Of a stretch of DNA of 64,000 bases, positions 38,001 to 51,483 are shown one piece after another. The stretch lies in contig NC_092680.1 in NCBI RefSeq assembly GCF_964355755.1, positions 20,841,045 to 20,905,044 of the forward strand, in the 5' to 3' direction. This DNA is from Antedon mediterranea. Lineage: Eukaryota > Animalia > Echinodermata. Made by a program: the position numbers and the translations under genes. Positions within the stretch are counted from its first letter, which is position 1. Every line of letters starts with the position of its first letter. The notes beneath the pieces are model-generated. The model was not told the DNA's origin, ran no database searches, and was given only the letters and a program-made list of their open reading frames with translations.

Positions 38001-40531
38001 ATACATGTTTGGAAGGGTTTACGTCGTCATCGGGTAGTGTCAGTCGACAATGTCAAGCTGATGGAAGTTGGTCAGGAATGGCTCTTAGTTGTACTGGTAA
38101 GTCTTTGAAGCTAGTGGCTCTCTATAGCTTGGTTGTTGATCTTGGGGTTTTCACATCAACAGGACTGTTGTACGTATGTTGCCACATACAGTATAGGATG
38201 GTCAGTTTAGAAAGCATTGGGTTATTTATCATCTAATTACTGTTTAACGCGTGTCGAAATAAAAGATTCAAGATTAATTATTATTACATAATATACATAC
38301 TATTTTTCCATAGCTTACACACTACACTATTATTCTTAAAAGTGGTAAACATACATAAGTATTGTGGTTTATTAAAAAAACATCCCGTGCCATGAAAAGA
38401 GGGTCAGAAACTAAGATTATTGGTTATATTATAACTGTTTACATGTTTTACTGTTTTCCACAATGAATCTCGTTGTCTTTCCAGTTGTGTCCTGTCCTCC
38501 ACCTCAAATTACTGCCGATATGACAATAACCCCTGGACCATACTATTTTGGAGATACAGTGATGTACTTCTGTCGTGACAATGGCTTGTTGATGGGTGAA
38601 CAAATTCGAACGTGCACTGCAGGTAGCTCTTGGTCTGGCCAACCTCCATATTGTGTAAGACGTAAGTTCATATAATCTATTCATTTTAATTATATACAAT
38701 TCAAGTATATAGTATTTATTTGTATTACCGACCTTTATGCAACATACATGTTCATTGAATGCTTTTATTATTGCTTTTCGTTTTATATCTATGTTCATTT
38801 TTGTAAATGTTTTGCTTAACCATACCTAGATGTTATATTTATATTTGTTTTATTTATTTTAAATAATTTATGTTAATATTTTTAGCCACCACTCGAGTCA
38901 TGAACTATGCAACCACGGCACCACAATTCACTGCAATAGCAGCCACAGGACGTCCAACGGATTCTCGAAACACACCCAGATATGTGACTACACCACGCCC
39001 AACAACAATGCCACCATATCCAACAATGAAATTGCCGACAACCAGGAAACACGTTACAACTGAACAAGAAACTAGACCACAAACATTTCACCCTAGAAAA
39101 ACGTCTATAGCAGAAACAATAACAAATCTATGGAATACGGGAGATTCTTCGATAACCAATTTGGTAACCAATATTAAATCAGCATCTGATCAAGATGTGA
39201 CGTCACAAGATAATATACCGACAACTAGTGAAGGTTTTAATGAAAAGGCCAAAAGTGACAAATCTCCTGCAGGTAAGAAACATACCATTTCCCTCTTACA
39301 CCAGGTATGGTTATTGCTTGTACTGAAGCCTATGCAGTGTAGCTTTATAGTTTCCATCAGATGCAACTCTGTGGTTGATTGCTATCAAGAATTCATAGTT
39401 GCTATCAAATACAACTTTATGGCTTCTATCTCAGCAATGTCGATAAAGACTTATTCAGAATTCATCTCCATGTCTTGTGTTGAAATTCTTACTCCTAATT
39501 GACTTTCATTTATTGTTGCTCTTTATAGATTTCATGATACTGATTGTTATTGGTGCTGGTGTGTTTTCAGTAATTTTACTATCGATTATATTTACCGTTG
39601 CGTGTGTTAATTCGTAAGTACTGTATTTGTTTTTACCAATACTCGTAATAAATATAACGTATAGCAATTTTTTGATCAAATATTGTTTTTTTCGATAATT
39701 ATGATTAATCTACTGTACATTTAACTCCTTTGCATCTCAAATTGTTTTTATTATTTTAAATCGAAATTTAAAATCTTGATTTGGGCTGTTTTCTAGTTTA
39801 GTAGATTGTATCTAATATTTTATATGATATTTTTACGCAGACCAAAAAGAGGAAAAGTACAAGTTTCCAAGCAAATCAATTTCATCAGTAGTAAAGAGAC
39901 TGGATCAATGATGGGCATTCTTTGGCCCGAAGATATCACACACGATAGTCCACGAAGTCGAGCGGATTCTGGACTACCTCCGTCAGCTCGAAACTCGCCT
40001 AATTCAACTGATGACTCCCCAGATGCAAATGGCAATGGTGGCATGGTAAACCTAGCCTTTGAACATGACGAGACAGACCGACGCAATGAGGCGGACCAAC
40101 GAGATGAGGATCCCTACCACCACCGAATAGATTTTGCAGTCGTTAATGAAAAAAATAATATCAGTAGCGTTCTGATAAACAGTGGTATAATGTCACCTGC
40201 TCCTCAAACACAAGATGACCGAACGTCTATAAGTCACAGTCGAATGAACAGTTTCCAAAATTCAGAAGATGTGGATTCATTATACGCTAAAGTAGATATG
40301 TCAAAAAAGACTAAAATGCGTATGCAGAACGTTCACAAAGATGATGCTTTAAGTGTGGATAATCCAATATACGAAAAATCGCCCCCTAAGTTTCTGTTAC
40401 CGGTAAATGATAACCAGACGATAAACGGCGGCGGTGTCGTTAGAAAGACATCTCGTAGAACGCCCTCAGACGTCTCAGTATCAAGCCGTACGTACTGGGC
40501 GCAGTACGAAGAACAAGTAACGAGACTATAA
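26002..40531 (+). CDS. Gene C: type I membrane protein SP-WSC-4xCCP-mucin stalk-TM-long tail (~769 aa)
   Basis: Exons: 26002-26071 (MADVYQFSLALLLLCVLPSVQSQ); 34694-35014 (WSC); 37203-37604 (2 CCP); 37920-38096 and 38485-38661 (CCP); 38886-39272 (T/P-rich); 39529-39613 (TM); 39841-40531 (tail). Joining the signal exon across the 8.6-kb first intron is inferred from phase 1 compatibility. Confidence 0.86.
27843..29889. repeat. 33-bp minisatellite, ~62 near-identical copies, intron 1 of gene C
   Basis: Unit aataaaccatcaagccagttactaatcactctg, with only two recurrent variants (gctagt; taagcac). Confidence 0.98.
30692..31385. repeat. 139-bp tandem repeat, ~5 copies
   Basis: gtcaatggtgg recurs at 30712, 30851, 30990, 31129 and 31267. 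Confidence 0.95.
32252..32535. repeat. Diverged ~148-bp tandem duplication
   Basis: attgttttccgtttca..gtcgagaat..actgtttatt..tttgaggccaagg occurs twice. Confidence 0.8.
32654..32805 (+). mobile_element. MITE family copy
   Basis: ta-aagctctgtc...gacagagctt-ta with two internal 21-bp units. Confidence 0.82.
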
Positions 40532-41639
40532 ATGGTACCAAATTCATTGCGATTCACTATTATGTTTTCTGAGCATGCGCAGTCTAGTGGCGCGTCGTGA
40601 AATCGTCGTGAAATCGTCTGTATTCGACAATCTTAACCGTTTGCACTATTTAACCAGTCGATAGGTAACGAGTAACGTTACTAAATTCATTGATAACAGC
40701 GATTTACTACGCGCCACGTTAGCTCGTCATTATATTTTCTGAGCATGCGCAGTCGTCTGTATTTAACGATCTTAACAGTTTGCACTTTTTAAAAGTAATT
40801 ATAATTAAATGTCTTAATCCCACCGATTAGGTTTTGATAAATGGATTGAGATTTTTCAATAAAACGTCCCATGTCTATGCAAGTCTTCCAGTAGTGTCAA
40901 GAGTGAATTGATGTATATAACAAAAATATTAAATACAAATTGTTGTTTCGTGCATGTATGTTGTGAAAATACTAAATGTAAATACAAAAAATATAGTGAA
41001 AATATAGTGTATAATAATTGTTGAGTGTAATTTAAAACAAATCTGAAATGCATGAGGGAAAATAAGGACTGATGTGATTGGCTAATTAATGGCATTCTGT
41101 GAGCCACAATGACCTGAGGTCAAAGGTCTGTTGTTCAGTGTACCATGTCAGATTTATATATTTTTCTACCAAATTGTATTATTCAACTTATGAATCAACG
41201 ATTGGAATATAATATTTGTAAACGATATTTCTCACAATGTGTACCAAATAAACTAATATATAATACTGCTTTTGACTATTAACCGTTATAACATGATTTA
41301 ATTCTAACATGACATTATGATGACGTATCGTGATGTCGGATGTTGGTGCAATTCAGTCTACAATGATTTAAAAAACTTAATGTGAATATTGTATTATTTA
41401 TTGTATACATTGTTGATAATAAAAGAAATATATTTTGCTCAACTTAAACTGTTTGTTTGCATTAACTACGAACTGCGATCTGTTGTGCGTACGTCTTTGC
41501 AGTGCGTTTTGAATTGATGGTAGGTCTGAGGCAAAGAATATTCATCATTACAAAACTTGTTTTTAAGAAACGTAATGTATTATTATTGATTGTCTTAACC
41601 ACTCGGCTACAGCAGCTAATATCCATGTAGTAAACTATA

Positions 41640-41820
41640 AGGCTCTGTTTACACTATTAAACTAGTTTGACAAAAATGTGTGATGTGCCCAAATATGGTA
41701 GTGATATGCCCAAATATGGTAGTGATATGCTCAAATACGGTAGTGATATGTCGTCATCATGTCCATATATGGCCACATCACATCGTTTGTCACATAAAGT
41801 TTGATAGTGAGACAAGGCTG
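41640..41820 (+). mobile_element. MITE family copy
   Basis: aggctctgtttacactattaaactagtttgac...aaagtttgatagtgagaca with three internal 21-bp units. Confidence 0.82.
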
Positions 41821-42663
41821 AAAGCAACGACGCACATGATTAGGTTCAGATAATTCAAAATAAAGCAAGGTAAACAAGCTATAATAATTCATAGATATTA
41901 TTCAATTCTGTGACGTACATAGTGTTTGTTACCACCGAACAAGAAAACAAATGGTTGTCTTATCAGAGAGAAAGTCATAAAGCTTGATTAAGACCGGTTC
42001 TGATTCAATACTTATTTATGTTTCATTTTATCGACACAGTAAAAGTTGTTCCTGGAACTTTGGAAAAACGAATGGGTTGCGAAACAATAAAAAAAACATA
42101 GTTCAATATCCCCATTCCTCATCAAAGTTTGGAGTTTCATTTTACTGTTCACAATCAGAACAACCAATTAAAAGAATTTTTCACCGGCTTATTTGTAAAA
42201 TGTAACGTTGTACGTAATAACGTAGGCCTATCATACTCATGTCATGATAAATGTAAGTATAGTGTAACGTTAATCTCAGTTACATGTAATCAAGGTTAAA
42301 TTGCATTTCTGTAATTGTATACTTTTCTGTTTAATTTTGTCATCATCGTGTAAAAACGTGGATAGCTTTTTGACTTGATCTGATTAATACACTCAACAAT
42401 TATTAATTTTATATAGTGAAAACATTAGGAAGATACAACATACGCGAAGTTTATATCCGCAAAATTTACGTCCTCGAATATAACGGATAAACTGTGAACT
42501 GTTATTATGAAACCTATGTTAATCCAGCGAACAATACGCACCTTTCCCAGGAACAAAGACTCTTCCAACCCACAACTTAATTTGCATCTCTATGAATGAC
42601 GCATCAAGCCAGGACTATACTGTTCAAACCCGTCGATAAAAATAATTCAGTTAGTCTATAGAA

Positions 42664-45600
42664 ATGGCGAAGGCAGGTACTTCCGGAAAATTATATTTTT
42701 TAATTCTGTTACATATATTTCTATTACAGATATCGTTACCAATTTGTGATTGTGACAACAGTAAGTTTTTAATTATTTGTACTGTTTTACCACTGTTATA
42801 GACAAATGTATTCTGATTGTATAGATTGTTACGGTGTTTCATTATGGTGACTGTACTCTTCTGAAGGTTATGGAAAAATGACAATGTTTTTAGTTATCTT
42901 GGGAGATCCCCGTGTTGGTTTTCATTTTCGTAATATCTAAATTTCATAAAATTCTCTCGATTGAAAAATAAACTCTAGATATTTAATAGTAATGTTTATA
43001 GTATAAATGTTAATCCTCAGAGTATAAATTATTTTATTCTGAAGTATAAATGTTATATTATCATTATTGTATACCATTATGTATTCTAAGAGTCTGTTTT
43101 ATTCTTATTTTTTTCAATTATAGCTTGTGTATATCCTGGCGTACAATCAAATGGTAACGCTCTACCATTCCAAGGGTCGTTCCAAATCGGAGAAATAATT
43201 ACATATATATGTTATGCAAATTACGAACTTGTAGGTCAAGTGAATTTAACATGTCTGGGTTCAGACACCTGGGATGCAGACTTCCCGAAATGTGTCAAGA
43301 TATGTCCAGAAATTACATTTCCAAACACGCAGATTATAGACAGTAACGTTACGTTAGATTACGCCAATGTTATCGGAGATGTCCTTGTGTGGGGATGTGA
43401 AGATGGTTACTTGTTAGATCCAGGGCAAGATGACACACAGACGGTTACCAGATGCAAATCATTAGGATGGGTTACAGAGACTGACGTCATCACGTGTTCT
43501 AGTAAGTAGGCCTACTGTATTCCCACACTTAAACTATGATCAATGTATATTTTCCAAACCATTAATAATTAAGCCTACTCTTCCGTGGTTCAACTCTAAA
43601 ACAACTAGGCCTAGGCCTAGTACACTGCAGTCTTTAAGTCGTAAAATATACATAGAGAAGAACATTCAGTAGGTTCTGATACTGGTATGTATCATTATTA
43701 TGATATAGCCTACATGGGCGTATATTACTCTTATTACTCATACGCTCAGCTGTTTTTTTTTTATTATAATAAATGGTAATTGCAGCCTATTATGCTGCTG
43801 TACTCAATATTATTACACTGTAGTAGTAGTAGTGTACTACTTGGTAGACAAATTTGAAGCAATGTATTGAACGTTGTACAAAAAAAACAATGTAATAAGC
43901 ATGATAATCGATAAAACATCTGAAAGTAGAATGAACTTTTCATTTTAGTCTTTTCTACGTTTACGGATCTCTTGTTTTCTTGCGGGTATTCTTTTCATTT
44001 TATTCTTAAGCCTATCTTTAAGTAGGCATATTAACTCAAATTCTGATAGGCTTATTGTTTATTCGAAATAATATTTGTCCAAGATCTTCTGAGAATTTTA
44101 AATGTGTATTACACAGTAGAATTGCTATTGGCTACGAGTTCTGTAGCAGAAAGTATTCAAATGGGTTATTATAAAAATAAGGATTTCAAGGTTTTTACTG
44201 TTGTTAAAGATAAGCCCCTTCCATTTCTATCAATATGTATGCATTCCACCAATGGATGTTGAGTAAGAGTCTACTTAGGGACCTACAAAAACTTATCATG
44301 AATATTACTACAGCAATACATTAATATTTTGGAAAAGGAGGGGATTTAGGAGTGTCGGACTATGGAGATTAAGGTGTGTGGTGTCCGTTAAATATAATGC
44401 TACTTGCATGTCGACTCGAGAGTGCCATACGTTTGAGACAATATTATTATTGCATGTCGAGTGGGCCACAAACTATTGACATGACATGTTGAGTGTAGAT
44501 TGAGTATAAGTGTCCTATTTTAAACTCTTAATAGTGAGTGTATAGAGCCAGGCATACAACAATGCAATGCAAGTATACCAAGACCTGTTAACTGGAGATT
44601 GAGGCATGAAATACACAACAATATTTGTTGTTGACAAAAGGCAAAAATAGTCTTTTGTGTTAAAACTAAGGCTTTTGGTTTGTGTAGAATTCTGTTGTTA
44701 TGCTTCATTGACCCATACCTTTCTTACAAAATAAGGTTCATAAAATCAAAGGGTATTTTTGAATACCACCCATTACACCTTCCTTTTATAACAGTCATTC
44801 AGTGAATTAATAAATACAATACAACAATGTATTCTAAAATTAATACAATACCATTATATATAGTTGCATTTTAGTTTTATTCGGATTGTTTGCATGGTTC
44901 ATAATCCAAATTTATTTTATTGGAATAAAATAAAAGATAAACTGGTTTATGTTGAGGATGGTAAAGATGCAAGTCTTGGCTTACGATGCTACTTTAAAGT
45001 CAAGATCCATACATTTTAGGACGTGTATAATTTATACATAAAACTTTATTAATTTGTATAATATTTCTATTGGCCTAATCTATAAAAAGCTATACACTAT
45101 CTAATTTCCTTACAGAAATATCTTGTCCGGATCCAGGAATTCCTATTGGGTTAGAGAGAGAGGGGAACTCGTTCTTATTTGAGGATGTTGTTACCTTCTC
45201 TTGCTCCAATGCAGATGATGTCATCAGCAGTGGGTCAACATCAAGAGTATGTCAATCGAATGGTACATGGTCCGGGTCAAACCCAACTTGTACAGGTATG
45301 TGTATATATTTTATTATTATTTAGATAAAGCGTAATAAAAAATAGTTATATTATATATAGGCCTAGATGTCATAAAAATAAACCATAATAATGTGTAGCC
45401 ACGTAATAGGAGTTTTGGGTCAGGGAGTTAAACCATAATAATGTGTAGCTACGTAATAGGAGTTTTGGATCAGGGAGTTAAACCATAATAATGTGTAGCT
45501 ACGTAATAGGAGTTTTGGGTCAGGGAGTTAAACCATAATAATGTGTAGCTACGTAATAGGAGTTTTGGGTCAGGGAGTTAAACGATAATAATATTCCCGG

Positions 45601-48050
45601 TAACTAATCTATGACACCCAAACTCCTGGTCCTAAGGTAAAAGTGGTAAAAGTCTTTTCTGATCTTAATAGAATGTAGACATTATTATACTCTCATCCAG
45701 TAAATGGACGTTACCTTTTACCTAGGCTTCATACTAAACATATTTGTTTCATTAAATGATAGATGTCAGTTGTATGGATCCTGGTAATAATAATTATACT
45801 ACAAGAACTGGTGATGATACATTTAAATATGAAGCCGTTGTGACGTATGAATGTGTGGAAGGTGCTATAAAGGTGTCTGGATCAGAGTCTATCAACTGCC
45901 AATTGGACAGTACATGGTCTGGAGAACCTCTTGTATGCCAATGTAAGTGATATTAAAAATGATTTTTATTAGCTTCATAATAATTTTATTTTTATCTTCA
46001 ATTTTATCGAATAAGCTATACATATTATTGCAGTAGATTTGAATTCTATTGAAGAATTAGCTATTTTTTTAACACCTTTAGTCATAAAATATTGTTAATG
46101 AAGGTCTTTTAATTGCCTTTAGATCCAGAAACTACGCAACTACCTACAGACCTCGTGCCAAAAACAAGTAAGTTGAGCCTAAGTACATTTTCTCCCTCAA
46201 TCTTATAGCACCTCATCTCAACTCATTACTATCTGTTCGGCACTCAGACTTACATAGGATGACTTTCCTTGAATTCTCTCTTTGTAACAACTCACAACTT
46301 TTGTCAAATTCACACACATTTTATTCTTTTATAATTAATCTAATTAATGAATTTATTATTGTATTTTGTACATCTTGTTATTTAATCACTTCAGTACCTT
46401 TTGGAACTACAATCTTATATTTGATTATTTTATTTAACTGTAGGCCTAATACAACCAACTGCTTTCTATATTATCCATACTCTTTTTGTTAACATCTTTC
46501 TTGTTAAATATTGCTTAATAATAGGAATTCTATATTCATTCTGTGGATGAATTATGTTTGATATGTAACTGTATGTGAATTTTTTGTAGGTTCAATCGAT
46601 GATATATCTACTACAGCTTTATTTTCAAATATTATAATGTCAACAACAGAAAAAGAGTCTGAAGTCTCTGCACTACCAAGTAAGTTCATTCATTTTTAGA
46701 TTTCTATATTTACATTATTTTGAGTGGTGTTATGGTAAGCTCCCTTTCCTCTATCCAACTAACTTTACTTTTCGATGTTGGAATATTTTTTTTTTAAATT
46801 GATAATAATTATTACATTGTTTTTTAAACGAATCCGTTTTAAATTGCATTTCCTTAACGTTTGCATAAATCTACTTATCAGTCTGCAACAAAAACCCCTC
46901 GGCACACAGTTTTCCCAAATGGTTTTCTCTCAAAATTCGATAGATATTGCTATAAAGCTAATGGTACCTAACAAATAGAACCTAAATATAAATAAAACTA
47001 TACCTATTCCCTAAATAATAACTCTCAACATCACATCAACCATACAATAGTCGATGGGTCATAATAACGTAATAAAGCAAAAGCTTCACTCATTGTTTCT
47101 TTTTACAAACATTTTTAAAATGTTTATTTTACAGAAAGTGTACTCTATGCGGCCGCACTCGGTGGTTCTTTAGTGTTCGTGATTTTGATTGGCTCAGCAA
47201 TTTGCATATTTACAAGGTGAAGTATATCCTATACTCGAATGTTGTAATACATTGTAATACGGAACTATGACTTTCAACTTTTAACAATTCAATCCAAAGT
47301 ATTACTGATTTAAGTATCCTTTTACCTTGAATTCCTTCCATTTTTTTCTATATATAGGCCTATACTGTATGTTTTTAGATAGTTACCTTTTTGTAAATGT
47401 GTGTGTACTAATGTACATTACTAGTTAGTTGTATTTGTATTATATTGTTAACGTTTCTCTACTGAACCACCTAGGAAATCAATGCTTTTTTTGTATAAAG
47501 ACAGAATAAATAAACTATACGTACGATGTAGTTGAATTATGTGGTTTTCTCAATCTAAAAACAATAAAATTAATTGCGTATTTACCAAGACGGAAGGGTA
47601 ATTCTATCGTTTCACACACAAGAACAATAACAATAGCTTTTAAAATTATAGGTATAAATCTATTTTAAAATTTGACTATGTTTTAAGAAGTAAAATATTA
47701 ATGATAGGCCAACTATTTACTATTATCAATATTATATTTTTAGTAAACCGAAAAGGTCCAAGCCAAACACACATCAAAAAACTGATTGGGTACTTACGCC
47801 TGGCGTAGACGAAGAGGAAACAGAGGCTATCTATGACCTACCTGATCAGAAACCTCCGTATATCGAACCTCTCAAACCCGGTCAGAAACCGGGCCGGAAA
47901 CCACCGTACATTGAGCCTCTCAAAACAGGACCTCAGGGCCAAGTTCTAACTAAAAACGACAGTGTGCGAAGTGAAGGGTCGTATTTAACTCCAGAGGAGT
48001 TTGTTTCAATTGAGTATCAAAACGTGCCAGAGGTTTTGACGAGATTCTGA
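42664..48050 (+). CDS. Gene D: type I membrane protein SP-4xCCP-short stalk-TM-Tyr-rich tail (~452 aa)
   Basis: Exons: 42664-42760 (signal peptide); 43124-43501 (2 CCP); 45116-45295 and 45763-45942 (CCP); 46123-46167 and 46590-46679 (stalk); 47135-47216 (TM); 47744-48050 (tail ending EVLTRF*). GT-AG and phases are consistent, totalling 1359 nt. Confidence 0.87.
45379..45592. repeat. 50-bp tandem repeat x4 plus partial (intron of gene D)
   Basis: aaccataata recurs at 45381, 45431, 45481, 45531 (variant at 45581). Confidence 0.95.
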
Positions 48051-51000
48051 AAAAAACCCTTAAGTTGGGTTCCCGTTAGTACGCAACACAAGTCGTACGC
48101 GCAACACAAGACGTACACGCAACGCAAGTCATTTTATCAATCGTAAGTTCGGATGATCCGTTGATATGATTGGTCAAATTACTTGCTGTTGGTTTGCATT
48201 ACGTAATGTTAAAATTACGTAAGGTTAACTTTACTGTGAGCACTGATGCCTGAATATTATGCTTAGGCCTGTTTTTTTATATCGTGAAATGGTTGGAATA
48301 CGCAGGTTTCAACTTTGGACGACCGACGATCGTCAAAATTAGGTCAAGTCAGTCAATGTGTCGTCGTCTGGATCTAGAAAACCATCAAACGGTGCCAAGC
48401 TGCGGAGCGAGAAAGCGCGTCCCAACTTTTACGCATGCGCACAATGCATTGAATCGAAAGCTCCGATTATTATCGACGACGTATAGTAATCGTTGGAAGA
48501 ATATCTTTATATACAAAGTATACTTAAGAATTTCTAAATGCTTTCAATCAATAAACTCTTACCTACTTGTTCCCAGTTGTTGTTTGCTTTCTATCGAGAT
48601 CTTGAATAGGTCTATTTGCCAAATTGTCGCATTATTTTGTTAAGTGGGACTATTATATAACTACTGTACTGTAGAGAGCTGCGGGCAAGCTTTTGATATT
48701 TACGTTACGTCATGTGTTCTTATTGTTATGTATACAATGTGCTTAGTTTGAAACGTAATAAAAACGTTTGTTTTAGCATTTGACAAAAAAAATCAGAAAT
48801 TATATAATGGTAGATATGATTGACATACCACCAGAATTAGAAGATAGATTTTATAATTTGTATAAATATTTCATTTTAAATATTATATTAAATATGTATA
48901 ACCTACTAAATGCAATTAGGCATATCTATAGACAGATGTTTATTCATAATGATAATATGTATTAATTATAATAATATGCAAATTTAACAAATGGTGCTGT
49001 GCGCTGAGAATTTACCTAGCGCCCTCTGTATGTTTAAATGCTAACTACTGTTACTTCAGTAGATGTATTAGGATACATTTCAATTTAAAATAATTTTAAA
49101 TGAAAACTGCTGTTCATGCATTATATTATTTTACAAACATTATCTGTTTTATTATTTTTTGTTTTTGTTTATAAAGGGTTTTATCTGAATCAACAGACCA
49201 GCTGATACACAGGGAATCTCTTATATTGACAAATATATAAATGAATTTATACAACCATGGAGAAAATATACAGAAGCAGATGCTTCAGTCTAATCGCTTG
49301 TTTAAAATATTTAATTGTTTATATATTTCCTCCATGATAAAACTATACTTGCATAAAATATAAGACATTGCATTAGAAAAATGTAGACAAACACATTTTT
49401 AAATATTGATACATTCTTACATGGTTCGAATCAGGGAAGGGTAAAATGAATCATTTTATTTCTAATCATTATAATGTTATTCAAAATGTGTATATTCAGA
49501 CTTTTAGTATAACATACCATACTGTATACGTGTTTGTAGCCCTACTGTTAACATTATAACAGTAATTTATGTTATTTATATGTTATATTTTTGCATTATA
49601 TTAATAAACAAAACGGATGTAACGAACGTGATATTTGAAATTATCTTGTTTAGTCAATTTTGCACAAAATATAAAGTAAGCCAAAAACTATTTGACGATA
49701 AAATGCGTTTATGATACTTTTGCAACGGTTTTGATGTGATTTGGAGAAGCCTACACACAGACGGATGGAGAAGAAGAGCATAGTTTAGATAATGTTAAGA
49801 AGAATCCTACGTCTGCGTTTGCAAAATGTTCAACATTTAATAATTTAAACTATTTAATATATTGTCTTTAATATGATGAGTTAAATGATTCTTTTAGAAC
49901 CCCCAGAATGCACCAATTAATTGACGTCACTATTCTTTTCCAATGACCATCAACAAGAGCATAGGTTCACAAAGCACAATCAGAGTGCAAGTGTATTAAT
50001 TGTGTATGAAAATAACATCTTACTCGCCATAAGTACACGAGGTAATGTTAGATAGCCATAAATTGTAATATAAATAACACATTAATGTATTTTTGTTTGT
50101 TTTTATGTTGCTATTTTAATAAGAGAAGAGGTGACTCGTTATATGGTAATTTCGTGGATTTGCACAGTAAAGCAAGTACAGTATAACAAAATTTATACTC
50201 GCGAACAGAAAACAATTTGTTGGAACAATCTACTGTATATTTCTCTATTTGTTTTAAGAAAAATAGTCCTAGGTTTCAACATAGACCTATAAATAGTCCT
50301 AGCAGGGAGTTGTACAACTCCCTGGTCCTAGGTTTCAATATAGACCTATAAATAGGTCCATGGTTTCAACAAGATGGCACACAAACATGACGAGACGTGT
50401 TAATAAGAATATAAATAATTACGTACAGATGAGAATTTTGTGAGAAAAAATATAACGGATGGGACTCGAACCCACCATTCCAGAGAACAATACAATATAC
50501 GTTGTTCAAACAGGGTGAGCATGATAAACAATAGCTGTTGTTGTATGAACACAATACAACGTGATAACGTATTGAATAAGCCTAATCAAAGCGTCAAATT
50601 GTTAACAACGGTTTAATTAATTTTGCCTCAATTTTAATAATTAACTGAGTACTCTGCTGCTGTAACAAGTGCGGTATGTAGTGTGAATCAACCATACTTC
50701 TGTAAAATGAAAACAAACCCTGCTGCTGCCACGCCTGATGCGCATGCGTGCGTCAGACGCGTCTGTGAATTTACAGAGCAGTTAACATGGACACAACAAA
50801 GAGCGTATCCATAATATTATAAGCTACTTATCTCAATAAAAGGATTATCTGTTTTAGAATACCAACGAGTAAGTAATATTTTTGTTAAATACGAAAATAC
50901 CGACATTGTTAATGGATTTTGTAACCGAGGTTTAGTAATGCCTTACAGGAGCAAGTATTAGCATATAGGGCCTACATTTGATACGGGTAGTTCATTAAGA

Positions 51001-51483
51001 TATTTTGATATATCGGGGTACTGTAAAATATAGGCCCAATGTAACTTATTAAACGTATGTATAGGCCTACTACCATCCAAAATAAAACAAAAGTTTGAAG
51101 ATGAACAAAAGAATGTATTGCCTCAGTTTCAATGGAAATTGTTTACAATATAAACTGTTAGTGGCCAATTACTGGAGTAAAACATTTTTAACTCGACAGT
51201 CAAAATTAGAATGTTACATGTTTTCTCGTTGCCTTATAAATAAATATATATTAATAAAATGAATTAAATGAACGCTGAAAAATACGGGTTGGCAAAATTA
51301 ATTTTATTTTGTCTTTTTTATGTTACTACGTTAGATATTAATTCGATTAAATCGTTCATGCGTCACTTGTAACTAAATTGTTTACTAAAGGCCCTTATTT
51401 GTTTTATTAGAACACTGAAGACGGAATCAAATCATTGAAGCTAGTTTGCTATCTCACATTTCTAGAAGAGAATACACAATGTC

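Noticed and set aside
50739-50870. NRF1-like tgcgcatgcg motif and possible 5'UTR exon with short uORF upstream of gene E
   Set aside because: Plausible, but similar motifs occur in repeats elsewhere in the window and there is no transcript evidence.
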